A stretch of DNA of 63,406 nucleotides, counting the filler, from Octopus bimaculoides (Eukaryota): assembly GCF_001194135.2 (NCBI RefSeq). It is 4 parts of 3 records of this genome, joined end to end, with 100 filler letters (N's around TTAATTAATTAA, not from the genome) between each part and the next. Parts side by side here need not be neighbours in the genome. Positions count along the whole stretch, not along the records: positions 31,425 to 57,537 come from NC_068989.1; 3 more parts are not named here. One strand, given 5' to 3'. Each line of letters begins with the position of its first letter. The stretch's first letter is position 1. Position numbers and translations under genes: made by a program. Under the pieces are notes generated by a model. It saw only the letters and a program-made list of their open reading frames with translations, did not search any database and was not told the DNA's origin. Shown piece after piece: positions 35,976-49,887 of the stretch.

Positions 35976-36190
35976 AGGTGGCAAGCTAGCAGAATCGTTA
36001 CCGCACCGGGCGAAATGCTTAGCGACATTTCGCTCGTCTTTACGTTCTCAGTTCAAATTCCGTCGAGGTTGACTTTGCTTGTTATCTTTTCGGAACCGAT
36101 AAAATTAGTACAGTTGATCACTGGGATTGATGTAATCAACTTTCCCCTCCTCCGGAATTACTGGCCTTGTGCCAAAATTTGAAACCAATG
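35975..36190 (+). mobile_element. SINE family A copy
   Basis: AAGGTGGCAAGCTAGCAGAATCG...GAAATGCTTAGCG...GTTCAAATTCCGTCGAGGTTGAC...CCAAAATTTGAAACC. Confidence 0.85.
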
Positions 36191-36759
36191 TTATTTCTCT
36201 CTACATAACTTCCTGCAACGAGGATTGATGCGCGCATTTCTAAAATCATACGTAAGTAACCCTTTACACTTAAAAAGAATGACAGAGATGAAAAAATAAA
36301 ATACCTGCACTAGTAAAATAAAGTTTTGTGCCTCGTTTGACAGGATCGTTTTTGGAACGTTTCGTCTTTCGCAAAAAAAATTCTATTTTTTTTATACTTG
36401 CGCTCCAGCTTAACACCCACGTACGATAACGACATATAACTGATATGAACCGCAGAGCAAATAATGTTAGAGTCATCATCATCACCATCGTCACCCATTC
36501 ATCATCACCACCAGCATCACCACCATCCGGTCGGGAGACTTGCCCGAACCAGCAAGTCATATTGGTCTTTCGCAAGCTGAATGTCTCATCCGCGCATGCC
36601 ATGACTACAGATGAAAACTAACCAAAAAACTAAAACTAACGCTAACTGAACTGGTTCATCCTGGCTGTCGACAGTTTGTTGGTTGTTCGTCCGCTTAGCA
36701 TCTGGTGATATTTGCCAATGAATGAAATAATTCAAGTCTACCTTGCTGCATCCCATGGT

Positions 36760-36990
36760 TTCAACGTAACCCTGTCTCAGATGGTTACGTGATTTGGTTC
36801 GGGGCTGTTTATTCCCGTATTCACAGCTGGTGTCTATTTACATGCTAATTAATCCATAGCTGAGACTCTGGGTCAGAGTAGATCTGGGAATGACAGTGGC
36901 TGGTTCCACACTCCTCAAAACCGTTGAATTCCCGAACCAGATCCCCAGTGCCGAATGCAGTTTAAAGTCATACCCAGACCTTTAGAGAAA
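36760..36990 (+). repeat. Unclassified interspersed repeat (reverse copy at about 61480-61710)
   Basis: CTCTGGGTCAGAGTAGATCTGGGAAT...CTCCTCAAAACC...ATGCAGTTTAAAGTC aligns with the reverse complement of 61500-61610 (CTCCGGGTCAGAATAGACCTGGGAAC...CTCCTCAAAACC...ATGCAATTTAGTGTC). Confidence 0.65.
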
Positions 36991-37796
36991 TAAATTGTAT
37001 AGTTGAAGAACACTTCGAAAACGAGAAGTCTTCATCCCATTATCGTTGGTTTAAGTTGGTAAATGCTTCAGGATTAAACAAGATGCAGTTGTGAAACACC
37101 TGGAAATCTGCATATTATACCAACATCTACACAATTTCAAATTTATGGTGGGAATCTATAGAGCAAAGACTACTACAGAGGATCAACGAGGAATTACAAG
37201 ATGTGTGTGACATTCGAAAGCACAATTTTTTTTTACTCGAAATTTAAGTTAATTGTAATAAAAAATAAAAAAAAGAATAGGGTGACTTGATCTTTAACAA
37301 TTTTGGAGGGAGATTTGGTTACTATTACTAACTGGTGGGCTGACCACAGAGGTTGAAAGGAAAGAAGCGGGTGAGTAAAAAGCGTAACTGTTAAGTGTCA
37401 AACGAAAAATGAGCCTACTAAATGTGATCGGTCACCGTATTAGCGCCAAAATATCCAATGGCATTTGCTTCACGAAAATCAATTAGTGAAGTAGGCACTA
37501 ACATAATTAATGTACAAAAACAAAAAATAAGGATGAATTTAAATTTACACCCATTTTCATAGCTTCGTTTCATTACACGTGACCTGTGCTTTATTATGTT
37601 GCAAGAAAATCCTCAATTTTAGTCACCACTATTTGCAGATGAACTGTATCCGTTAGCCTTTAATAGTTTTAACCATAACTATAAAGCAATGTTTTCATGT
37701 TTTTGTTTTTTTTGCTTTCTTCCACAATAATTCTAGCAACACGCAGAAATAGCTTAAATAGTGTCTTACTTTGAATGGAGTTCCTTTAAAAATTAT

Positions 37797-38165
37797 TTCG
37801 CGTGGTTATATGATAAGAAGTTCACTTTCCAACGATGTGGTTCCAAGTTCAGTCCCATTGCGTGGCATCTTAGGCAAGTGTCTTCTATTATAGCCTCAGG
37901 CCGACCAAAGCCTTGTGAATGGATTTGGTAGGTGGAAACTGAAAGAGGCTCAGAAGTGTGTGTGTGTGTGTTTATCCCCACTGCCGCTTTACAACCAGTG
38001 TTGGTGTGTTTATATCACCGTAACTTAGCTGTTCGGTATAAGATCCCGATATAATAAGTACCAGGCTTTAAAAGAAAAAGTCCTGGGATTGATTTCTTCT
38101 ACCAAAAACCCTTCAAGGCAGTGCCACAGCATGCTCACAGTCAGATGACTGAAACAAGTAAAATA
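37797..38165 (+). mobile_element. SINE family D, near full length
   Basis: tRNA-like head (GTGGTT...AAGAAG...GGTTCCAAGTTCAGTCCC), central CTT(G/A)GGCAAGTGTCTT block (CORE-like), internal (GT)n, and 3' end CAGTCA.ATGACTGAAACAAGTAAAA. Confidence 0.85.
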
Positions 38166-38859
38166 CAGACGTTGAATGAGATCTTTAATACAAACCTGAA
38201 CAACCTGCAGACAACGCCCGGTTGTGTCACTTAAAAGAATGAAAAATATTTTTTTCTGGCTATCTTAAAAAGTAACGTAGCTTGCTTGACGTGTGTTAGG
38301 TGAAGTTGGAAGTTACATGACATAATATACAAATGTTGACAAGAGCAAAATGTATGACAAAACAGCATAACCTAAATTAATTCGCTGTGAATCACACAAA
38401 AACATTTCGACTTGCTGAAACCAGAATTTGTCTTCATCTTCCCCAATCATTTGTCTTTTCTTTTTACTCCTTCCCTTTCTCTTTCTCTCCCTCCTCTCTC
38501 TCCCTTTCTCGCTTTCTCTCTCCTTCTCTCCCTACTTTAATGGGTTCAATAAGTCTTCGAATTCAAATAATTACATAAATTACCAGCTTCCAAGACGAAC
38601 GGGAAGACAAACCCTAAAAATTATAGACCCATAATCTACCCTTCTACGGCTTACAAAGCCTTAACTCCAATGATATCAGAGAGGAAACATAAAAGGCGAG
38701 GATGACTTGGTACTATGCATCATGCTTTCGTTTATTGTTTCATGTGTTTACATGGTTGCAAAACGTAGACACCCTCTAAACTTTCTCGTCCTTTGATCCC
38801 AGAGCTATATGCAGGATGTGTCTGTTACACGGACAAAGAGCTGTACCAGCAGTCAGTTA

Positions 38860-39005
38860 GTACTCGTTTCTAGTTGAGTAAACTAGAACAATGAGAAATG
38901 AAGTGCCTAGCTCAAGAACACAACATCCCGCCCGGTTTAGGAATTGAACCAATAACATTATATGATGGGGAGCTGTACACCCTAACTACTGGGCTACACG
39001 CCTTC
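38860..39005 (-). mobile_element. SINE family C fragment
   Basis: GAGAAATGAAGTGCCTAGCTCAAGAACACAAC...GGAATTGAACC...CCCTAACTACTGGGCTAC matches 51760-51870. Confidence 0.65.
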
Positions 39006-40440
39006 ACACAGAGGATAAACAGGCATCTAGAAAAGAACAGCAATTTTTCACAACAGAAAGGGTGCTACAAAGGCTCCTATGGCTGTAAAAATCAGTTACT
39101 GATCAACAAAGCCTTATCCAAACTCTGTATTAGAAGAAAGAAGGGCCTGAGCGTAACATAGATGGAGTACCAGATGGCTTTAGACAGTTTTAGCACACGT
39201 TGATCCTAGAAATATTCGACATTTATAGGAAAAGCATCAGTAATAAGCAGAGAAACATCTCTCTACTCCTTTTCTACTTGACGTTAACAATTCTCTTGGA
39301 TGGAATTTATAAAACTGACCTCATCTCTATCACAAGAGGAATATTTCCAGAAGACTGCTTTTCTCTACTCTTTTTTTTTTTCATCTGGCGTTAACAAATT
39401 TAACCAATTTGGTAAATTAGTTTGCATTCGGATACTACCAACCATCTTTTTTATACGGACAATAAATGTACACGGTAGATGTCAAACAACTAGAAACATT
39501 GCTATAGAGAAAAATCGATATAAAATTCTTATCAAATACATTCGATAACACAATTGCAGAGAAAGAAGTGAAGACTCGGTACATGTTAGATAAAGAGATT
39601 GATGCAAGAAAATTAGATATAACACAGTGGAATCAGTGAATTAGACACTGTACAATACACGCGTGAAAGAAAAATTTAGGAACGAATATTATAGACGCAT
39701 TATAGTAATGCTTAAAACAGCAAAGTTTCAAATAAAGTGGTAATATGCATCAGTACTCTAGCTGTTCTAGTAAAAAATTGGTATTTCTGATAATCTTAAC
39801 TAGATGCGCAACAAATTGCAAAACTAGAGAGTGAGAAAAAGAAAGAAAACTAATGACTTCGTTTAAAGATTATTTTTACCATGAATATAGGAATGTAGGA
39901 GCCCTCTGGAACTAGTAAACCAAAATCAAATAACAACAGTAAGATATATAGTAAAGAACAATGGAAAACTAATACAAATAGCTACCAAACACAAGTAAAA
40001 CGGAAGAAAATAGGTTGGTTTTTTTTTTCTTTTTGTCATTAAGGGATATAACTTAAACAAACTTGAGAGTAACGTGAAGAGAAAGAAGAAACAAAGTTAA
40101 ATGCAAAATAAGAAAGAATGGCATCAATACTTTAGCTGTTCTAGTCATAAGTTATATGTATTTGTCAAACCCCCAAAAAATGGGTAATGATTTTTTTTTA
40201 ACGCAACTGAAAATGAAGCTGCAGAATGCCATATTACATGACTGATCCCTGAGAAAAAAGACAGTGTAGAAGCAAAGAAAAAGTACAGCGCTGAGTGAGA
40301 AACTCTGGACTCATACATGAGACTAAAGACATCTTGCTTGCGGTAGGGGACCAAAACATTCCCACCGGAGACTATCAAAAGCAAAATGAAAAAGAATGCA
40401 TAAGATAAGTACAGAATTGTGTGTCAACGACCTGTCTTGT
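39005..40440 (+). pseudogene. R4/Dong-clade non-LTR retrotransposon RT remnant (copy 1)
   Basis: QQKGCYKGSYGCKNQLLINK, EYQMALDS (cf. DY.KAFDS), RGIFPEDCFS (cf. GIFQGDSLS), and a downstream segment resembling GL..ET...L.A..DQ...T....K.....DKCR.C; heavily broken. Confidence 0.8.
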
Positions 40441-42568
40441 AGCCTGACAACTCTGACCTATCCTTTACAACATCATATCTTTAGTTGGACTTCTGTTATT
40501 TATAGTCGTGTAGACTATTTTATTTTGTGTAATATCAGTTTAAACACAGGATAATAGATACATTTTACGAAACACAATCAGCCCTTTAAATTTTATATAT
40601 TTTTCATTACAACAGAAATTACACTGAGTAATACGATATTTGACCTTTGGTAGCAACTGCTATTTCCCATTTGCTTACCTCTAGAAAGTATGAAAAATGT
40701 CTAATATTTCCTTCAAACTTTGCTTTTGCTACATTTATTCAAACCCCAAACAATCCCACTCAACACATGGCTATGATGTTTCCCTATTACTCCTACTCAT
40801 GATCAGGGATGCACAGATTGTCAGCTACTAAGGGACATACTCAACTAGTTAAGGTCAAGCAATTGGCAAGCAAATATCCGGTATTGAGCAGAATATTTGC
40901 TATAGCGATATTTCTGCTGCAGCAAATCAGCGATGAATCTATTGAAAATGTAACTGAAAATAGGTCAGTTTCAAAGCATTGATGTCCAGGTCATAAAAGC
41001 AAAGTTTGAATGGAATAGTAGTCATTTCCTGTGATTTTTAGATTGAAGCAAATAACACTTACTAGCCAACGAAGAAAATTTTAATTTTATTACACCGTGT
41101 TATTTTCTGTGAGTACCACCAAATCAATGCCGCTACAGTTCTTCCTTTCGAGTTCCCTCAAATACCAAATTTCTCATCGTTATTACTTTCTCTTGGTATT
41201 TAATTTTTTATTTCTCCTATTTTCTCTCGGTATCCAATTTTCCTTTGAATTTCTTTTGGAACACCACCGTTATTTTACTAAACAGTGATTCATACCCTAG
41301 CCATTTCCATTAAATGTAAAAAAAATCACTTTATCTTTTATATTTAGAAAACACATGTGCACAAATATTTCGTCCCTTTCTTTGCTCCGAATTTTGTCAT
41401 GTGGACTAATATTTAATTCGTTTCAAAATCACGGACAGAACAAAAGATATGGCTATCGATAACTAAGTGCATTAATATAATACGTTACATAATACATGGT
41501 AATCTTATATTTGTATGTGTGCATGTATATATATACATGCATGTAGCATGAGTATCTAAAAATATATATGCCTATATTTATTCTCATGGACATATATACA
41601 TATGTATGTGTGTGCGTATACATATATATGCATGTGTGTGTATTGAGAGAGAGAGATGGATGTATGCAGTAGAAAAGCAACATCACATAGATGCAAGAAA
41701 CACTAAAAGAAGAAAGGTGACAAGGATTACAATTTTTATGTTGATGAGTAGCAGAAAGTCTTATTTCATCTGTCCATCTTTTAGAGTATCGCAAGTTCAT
41801 TTCAAAACGTGGAGATTAACTATTTTAGCCAATTGGTAGTTGGAATTTCTTCAGTAAAACGTGATGGAACTGTCTTCTGGAATTCATCAATTTTATTCGT
41901 TTGTTTAAGATTTTAATGTGATGTTTTATTTCCCAGATAGTCCGAAATCACACCTTTTGGAGCTGTTAATCTAGAAAGATTCATGTTTCACTCTTATCCA
42001 ATCAATTTCATAATTGTTAATTGTGATTATGTAATTACAGTTAATCACGGCATTCAAATATAAGCACAGACATGAAGAAATTTTATCGGCATTTAGTTCT
42101 ATACATTTTAATGACCAAATTAGATATTAATTATTCATGTAATTGATATTACTGGAGACCAACCATAAAGTAATTTCCTTGTCAAAAATATGAATCATAG
42201 ATGACAAATATACCTCTTAACATCATTTTATGACCAAAAAATAACCAACGTACATTTTTATACGTCATACTATTTACACACGTGCATATACTGTAGAATA
42301 TATTCATTACATGTATGAATGTTTATGATAAATAGCTTTTTGATCATAATTAATTTGTTAAAGTAAGTATTTGCTTACGATTCGTATTTTTGAGGAAGAA
42401 ATCGCACAAATGTCTCGACTTCATTAATAGCATTTACATCAATAATTAATTTTGACAACCTCCAAAAGAGGTTGATTAGTGATAAAATTTGTTCGCCTCT
42501 ATGTCTAGAATTGTATGAAATAATTTATATATATTTATATGTATACATACAAATTAATTCATTATTTT

Positions 42569-42688
<120 letters not shown>

Positions 42689-43039
42689 AACTAAAAGCGA
42701 AACGATCGTCTCTGATGGTAAAAATATTTCTAAGCGAATACTCGAAGGAGCCTTTCTGTAATTCTGTTTATTTTAGAATTCAGTCCAATATCATTCCTGC
42801 TATAAAAATCAACTGGTTTCATGCTAGGGTTGCCATCTGCTAGAGATACTAATGTAACATAATTTGTTTGCGGATGATCTCAAGATTTTATACAAAAAAA
42901 TGTTACAAATACCAAAATAAAACAACTAGACTTAACAACATTTTCAGCTGACATAGGGATGGAATTTGGCCAAAAGAAATGTTTGTATTTTATTGTTGAA
43001 CGTTGAGCACCCCCCCCCACCTCCCTTAACCCAAAGCCT

Positions 43040-44230
43040 GTGCATCAACTGTCTCTGTATCGCTTCTGTCCCACACAAAGAAAACTACAAATATCTGAAC
43101 ATAGATGAGAACTTATCATACGAAGGTGCTGTGAAAAGAGACAGTGACTCGAGAATATTTTACGAGACTTAAAAAATATATAGGTGGAACTCTTCTCTTA
43201 TGATAAGAAAATATTCTACAGTTCATATGCTGATTCCCACATTTGAGAAACTTGAGTGATCTGTAGAGGAAATCTGCTGCAAAGACATTAAAACCCACAA
43301 GATTCAGACACCAAATGGACGTTTCCACAAAAACAGTGATATCGACAGGCTTCAGTTAAGAAGTGATGAAGGATGTTGAGAGAATAGAGCAGTCTTTCTA
43401 AGACAACACTTGCTGCACAAGAGCAGCAAAAATAGATACAAAAACTTAGAACTGAAAACCGAAGAGAGCAACATCTTATTGACGACTTCCACTATAATAT
43501 CAGAACGCCTAGACTTACATTCGCAAAAGAAGATCTGGATGTGAAACGCTCAATATACCAAGACAAAAAAAAATGCAAGGTTATGTTTCTCGAAGACGAC
43601 AATTGCATAAAAATGAAATACAGCCTCTCTTGAATACGTGAACGCTGCATTACATTACACTTCGAAGGTTATGCATTTGCAAGAACAGAGGAATGCTTCA
43701 AAATACCTAATAAACAAAAGGCACAGTGAAGCTCTTGGACAGCCTGGATGCAATCGAAAATGAAGATCATATTATATTTCTGTGGAAGATATCATATGTG
43801 ATCAGCAGCAGCCCAAAACTGGCATCTTGGTACTATGATGTTGCTTAAAAACAATATACAATGCTATCCGAAAAACGTCTTGTAATAAATAGGAAGACAA
43901 CCCCTGTTATTGAATACACACATGAACATCAACACCAGGGCTATAGGTGGAACGTTCTCACAACAGCTTCTACCAAGTATTAACATAACAGGCCGGATAT
44001 CATTGTTTTGAACAGACAAGGAAAAGTGTGCTCTGTCATAGAGGTCAGCTGCCCTGCTGATGTGAATAGCTTTTTGAAAATCAAAGAGAAAGAAAATGAC
44101 TGCAGAAAACCGATTCGAAACTTCCACCTTCTGTCTTCAAATGATATACACATATTTATACTAATAATGATTGGTGCACTTGCCTCTCAACGATGTACAT
44201 ACATTAAGTATATAAACGCCTATTCTAATT
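43040..44230 (+). pseudogene. R4/Dong-clade remnant (copy 2): RT C-terminus and restriction-like endonuclease
   Basis: ENYKYLNIDENLSY, NGRFHKNSDIDRL...EG, HNRPDIIVLNRQGKVCSVIEVSCPAD...KIKEKE, LIMIGAL. These correspond to the RLE PD-(D/E)xK motifs. Confidence 0.85.
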
Positions 44231-44273
44231 TAATACTGCTTCAGTTGCGTGGGTTGAATAATATATATATATA

Positions 44274-44329
<56 letters not shown>

Positions 44330-44788
44330 CGTGTCTGTGTACATACTAATATATATCCACATAGATGTGTTTAATGTGTTTATATATATATATATANNNN
44401 NNNNNNNNNNNNNNNNNNNNNNNNNNNNNNNNNNNNNNNNNNNNNNNNNNNNNNNNNNNNNNNNNNNNNNNNNNNNNNNNNNNNNNNNNNNNNNNNNNNN
44501 NNNNNNNNNNNNNNNNNNNNNNNNNNNNNNNNNNNNNNNNNNNNNNNNNNNNNNNNNNNNNNNNNNNNNNNNNNNNNNNNNNNNNNNNNNNNNNNNNNNN
44601 NNNNNNNNNNNNNNNNNNNNNNNNNNNNNNNNNNNNNNNNNNNNNNNNNNNNNNNNNNNNNNNNNNNNNNNNNNNNNNNNNNNNNNNNNNNNNNNNNNNN
44701 NNNNNNNNNNNNNNNNNNNNNNNNNNNNNNNNNNNNNNNNNNNNNNNNNNNNNNNNNNNNNNNNNNNNNNNNNNNNNNNNNNNNNNNN

Positions 44789-44843
<55 letters not shown>

Positions 44844-44874
44844 TGTGTGTGTGTGTGTGTGCGTGTGTGTGTAT

Positions 44875-45010
44875 TTCAGATTTACAGAAAACAAAAGATG
44901 AAGACAAGTGAAGGAACAACAAGCAGGTATTACTTTAACGCTCGGGAAGATTGAAAAAGTTTTTGACGTTTCGAGCCTACGCCTTTCGATAGAAAGGCTT
45001 AAGCGGAAAA
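44875..45010 (-). mobile_element. Penelope-like pLTR fragment (family H1)
   Basis: Minus strand reads CCTTT-CTATCGAAAGGCGTAGGCTC-GAAAC-GTC-AAAA, then CCGAGCGTTAAAGTAATACCTGCTTGTTGTTCC...CACTTGTCTTC...TTTTCTGTAAAT, as in 27436-27560. Confidence 0.7.
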
Positions 45011-45619
45011 ATATCTACGTATACACGTGTTTATGTATATGTGTGTGTGAGCGCATGTGTGTGTGTGCATATATATGTATATACATATATGTGCATGTGC
45101 ATATGTATGTATGTATGCATGCATGCATGCATGTATGTATGTATGTATGTATGTATGTATGTATACATGTACAAATGGATGCGTGTGTGTATGTATGTAT
45201 TTATGGATATATCGTTAAAGGCCTACAGAAGACTTTAAAGATAAGGTTTTATATAATTCTCATTCAATAAACAAACCATAAAAAAAACATGTCAGCATTC
45301 AAGAATAGTAACAGGCTTCAGAAGTTACAAGAAGCGAATAGCGACAGTAGACGCATATAGCTCTTTTTCAGAGCGCTTTGAGATGAATATTCATGTAAAT
45401 TGAAGGAGGATGTGTAAATTTGGGATGCATGTTTATATTGGTTCGTAGGCAGTCTTTTTCCAGAAGCAGGTCACCTGAAGTATGGCTCATCAACAGGTGA
45501 ACCGCGCTACTAAAAAAATCCAAGGTACTTTTTCATTAGCGGGAAACCATTCAGAAAGTTCTGCAGGCTGCAGTTTTCTCATGACAAGTTTACATTTTCC
45601 CTTACGTTTCTATGTGGAT

Positions 45620-45830
45620 ATGTGTTTTTAACGTGTTTCTATGTATATCTGTGTGTGTGTGTGTGTGTGTGTGTGTATGCAAGCATATATGTGTTTTTAA
45701 CGTGTTTGTATGTATGTGTGTGTGCGTGTGTGTGTGTGTGTGTATGCAAGCATATATGTGTTTTTAACGTGTTTGTATGTATATGTGTGTGTGAGTGTTT
45801 GTGTGTGTGTGTGTGTGTGTGTGTGCAAGC
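45620..45830. repeat. Higher-order minisatellite built on (GT)n, about 3.5 units of 52-66 bp
   Basis: Anchor TATGTGTTTTTAACGTGTTT(C/G)TATGTAT and end block GTATGCAAGCATA recur with variable (GT)n spacers. Confidence 0.85.
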
Positions 45831-46048
45831 ATATATCATGTATGTGTGTATGTGTGTATGCGGATATAAATATGTGAATATGTGCGCATGGTTGGCTGTA
45901 TATATGTGTGAGTGTGTGTGAGTGTTTGAGTGTGTGTGTGTATGTGTGCGTGTGCATAGTTATATATACATGTGTGTACATATATTTATATATACATACA
46001 CATACATGTATTTCATACACACACACGCATGCACACACATGTATTTGT

Positions 46049-46122
<74 letters not shown>

Positions 46123-46280
46123 TTATATTAATGTATATATATACACACACATTATATATATATAAATATATATATANNNNNNNNNNNNNNNNNNNNNNNN
46201 NNNNNNNNNNNNNNNNNNNNNNNNNNNNNNNNNNNNNNNNNNNNNNNNNNNNNATATATGTATGTATATATGTATGTATG

Positions 46281-46311
<31 letters not shown>

Positions 46312-46810
46312 ACACATATACACACAGGCGTGCGCATGTGTTCGTGTGCCTCTTCTGCCAGTGACGATGTTAAACTAATTCATCGTACAGCTATAGAAAA
46401 CGATGATGAAATATATTTAGAATATAGAAAAATTATTGGTTTTTAAATACTATTATTTCCGTAATGTAATATAATTTGCTGTGCATAATATGGGACCATC
46501 GTAGATGTTTTTATTTATATTCATTTATTTTTTTTAACAGTAGTTAAACAGGAAAGAATGACTAGGACAGTTTCTTGGCTTTCTTTATGTCGATGGAGAA
46601 CTACAGCAGTAATTTTGGGAAATAAATTCAACTTCTCTTCATGGACGGATCTTTTTGAACTCTGAAGCAGAATATCGAGCTCTAAATACTGCTTATGTGA
46701 CGTGCGCTATATGTCGCACTATACAAGTATATGTATGTATGTGTTTTTGTATGCATGCATGCCTGCATGTATGTATATATGTGTGTACTATGTATGTGTA
46801 CATGCATGCA

Positions 46811-46852
<42 letters not shown>

Positions 46853-46853
<1 letters not shown>

Positions 46854-47225
46854 TCTTTTACTTGCTTCAGTCATTTGACTGCGGCCATGCAGCAACACCG
46901 CCTTTAGTCGAACAAATCGACCCAAGGACTTATTCTTTGTAAGCCTGGTACTTATTCTATCAGTCACTTTTGCCGAACTGCTAAGTTACTGAAATGGAAT
47001 CACGCCAGCATTGGTTGTCAAGAAATGATGAGGCGGACAAACGCAGACACATATATAATATATACATACGTCGGGCTTCTTTCAGTTTCCGTTTAGCAAA
47101 TCCACTCACAAGGCTTTGGTCGTCCCGAGGCTATAGTTGAAGACACTCGCCCAAGGTGCCATGCAGTTGGACTGATCTCGGAACCATGTGGTTGGTAAGC
47201 AAGCTAGTTACCACACAGCCACGTC
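46853..47225 (-). mobile_element. SINE family D, near full length
   Basis: Reverse complement of 37797-38165. Confidence 0.88.
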
Positions 47226-47230
47226 TGCGC

Positions 47231-47266
<36 letters not shown>

Positions 47267-47706
47267 GCCCTAACTCTTCGAAACGCCAGTGTTAGAATAG
47301 TGGCAGCTGATGAAGGAAATGTTCTCTATGTGGCCTGTGTGTTTTTTGTACTCTGTTCCTCATTTTGTCTGTTTTGTTTGCAACGTCCTGTACCNNNNNN
47401 NNNNNNNNNNNNNNNNNNNNNNNNNNNNNNNNNNNNNNNNNNNNNNNNNNNNNNNNNNNNNNNNNNNNNNNNNNNNNNNNNNNNNNNNNNNNNNNNNNNN
47501 NNNNNNNNNNNNNNNNNNTATATATATATATATATATATATAAGAAAAAGGCATAAAAGATGGACTTTATACAGCTGTTTCTGATATACATTTTGAGTGT
47601 ATTCATGATTCAGTGAAAATACAGTGAACACAACTGTTAGAATGCTTTTTTTGGTCGGAGTCCAACACATTAACTGCCAAAGTGAATGAAGATGGCAAAA
47701 AGGAGG

Positions 47707-47775
47707 AAAGAAAAGAAAAGAAAAGAAAAGAAAAGAAAAGAAAAGAAAAGAAAAGAAAAGAAAAGAAAAGAAAGA
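47707..47775. repeat. (AAAAG)n pentanucleotide repeat
   Basis: Read directly from the sequence. Confidence 0.95.
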
Positions 47776-48250
47776 ATGGAGTGGGGGAGCTTGGTCATTG
47801 TTGCGCCCACATGAAACTAGGTCACCTATTTCTAGTCATCAACCTTAAGCTATTGTCGTATCTTGTCATAGCTGAATAGCATTAACATCTGGCATTGAAA
47901 ATTGATACCCAACAACTTCTTTCGTGGCCGGCTTTTGGCGAAATCTACAATGTTTTGGATGCTGATGATGATTACTACTATATTTTGGACGGCATGGTAT
48001 AGAAATTACTTGGATATGCAAACCGAAATGCAGCTTAGGTATTTCTAATTATTTCAAATGTGAAATATTGAAATCTATTTAATTAGGAGAATTCATATAT
48101 AATACATGACATTTAGCAGTAATAGTTAGAGCTGGCTGTCAGGAATTAGAAGAAATGAATTATAACATGTAAGACTACAGTACGACAAAGACTGCTTTTG
48201 CCCTAAAATATATGACTAGTTTTCATTGGGGCTGCCGCAGTGGTACACTA

Positions 48251-49496
48251 GGATCTATTTTAAAACGGGGGCGCCAGTATTTTCTTAACGAAACACNNNN
48301 NNNNNNNNNNNNNNNNNNNNNNNNNNNNNNNNNNNNNNNNNNNNNNNNNNNNNNNNNNNNNNNNNNNNNNNNNNNNNNNNNNNNNNNNNNNNNNNNNNNN
48401 NNNNNNNNNNNNNNNNNNNNNNNNNNNNNNNNNNNNNNNNNNNNNNNNNNNNNNNNNNNNNNNNNNNNNNNNNNNNNNNNNNNNNNNNNNNNNNNNNNNN
48501 NNNNNNNNNNNNNNNNNNNNNNNNNNNNNNNNNNNNNNNNNNNNNNNNNNNNNNNNNNNNNNNNNNNNNNNNNNNNNNNNNNNNNNNNNNNNNNNNNNNN
48601 NNNNNNNNNNNNNNNNNNNNNNNNNNNNNNNNNNNNNNNNNNNNNNNNNNNNNNNNNNNNNNNNNNNNNNNNNNNNNNNNNNNNNNNNNNNNNNNNNNNN
48701 NNNNNNNNNNNNNNNNNNNNNNNNNNNNNNNNNNNNNNNNNNNNNNNNNNNNNNNNNNNNNNNNNNNNNNNNNNNNNNNNNNNNNNNNNNNNNNNNNNNN
48801 NNNNNNNNNNNNNNNNNNNNNNNNNNNNNNNNNNNNNNNNNNNNNNNNNNNNNNNNNNNNNNNNNNNNNNNNNNNNNNNNNNNNNNNNNNNNNNNNNNNN
48901 NNNNNNNNNNNNNNNNNNNNNNNNNNNNNNNNNNNNNNNNNNNNNNNNNNNNNNNNNNNNNNNNNNNNNNNNNNNNNNNNNNNNNNNNNNNNNNNNNNNN
49001 NNNNNNNNNNNNNNNNNNNNNNNNNNNNNNNNNNNNNNNNNNNNNNNNNNNNNNNNNNNNNNNNNNNNNNNNNNNNNNNNNNNNNNNNNNNNNNNNNNNN
49101 NNNNNNNNNNNNNNTTGTACTGGTTTTAGCTTTAGGGTTTTAGGGTTAGGGTTAGGGTTTTAGGTCTAGGGTTAGTTTTAGGGTTAGGGTTATGATTATT
49201 TTTGCCATAACCTAACTCATAACCCTAACCCTAACCCTAGGGAATAACGACCTTGACACCGGAAAAAAATATTGTTTATAAAAACAGCAGTAACTGTATT
49301 CAGCTGAACAGACGTCAGTGATTGGTTGAAATTACAGAAATACGACAACTTTAACATGGAATAACTTGCAATATATACATTTTTGTTAAGAAGGCTAAGA
49401 GAAAAAGATGTTTTATATGACACATTCTACCAGTATCCCAAGTTTGAAAGTGTTTCGTTAAGAAAACAAGTGGTGCCCGTCAATTCAGAAATATCC
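48251..49496. mobile_element. Second copy of the telomere-repeat-bearing MITE family (spans an N gap)
   Basis: Left end is GGATCTATTTTAAAACGGGGGCGCC. 49310-49496 is the reverse complement of the 34520-34715 arm. TTAGGG-like and CCCTAA-like tracts lie at 49120-49242. Confidence 0.85.
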
Positions 49497-49554
49497 AAGC
49501 ACGATTAGCAGCTGGAGTTACTGTGCATGAGAATAAAAATCCAGATTCTGGGAA

Positions 49555-49735
49555 CGGAGTAGATAAAATCCAGGTTACATATGTTTCATAGCTAACAGAA
49601 GCTCGGAAGTAGTAATTATCCAAACGAGGGGTAATCCGTTAGCTAGTCGTCAGGCCAAAGATTCCTTGGTCAAATGTAGGTTACATTGTCGTCTAGGGAT
49701 TCCATGTTAACTCACAAGAGATTCGATCGAAAATG
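49555..49735 (+). repeat. Unclassified interspersed repeat (copy of 1806-1985)
   Basis: Same ordered blocks as 1806-1985. Confidence 0.75.
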
Positions 49736-49774
49736 CGTGGAAAGCACTAAGTATGTGTTTATCAGGGTGTGTCA

Positions 49775-49878
<104 letters not shown>

Positions 49879-49887
49879 GTGTCAGTG

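Noticed and set aside
47270-47395. Hammerhead words GAAAC and CTGATGA close together
   Set aside because: They occur in the order GAAAC then CTGATGA with a single GCCA/TGGC hairpin between. I cannot build the three-way junction or a paired stem I. It may be a PLE-related repeat fragment but is not called a ribozyme.
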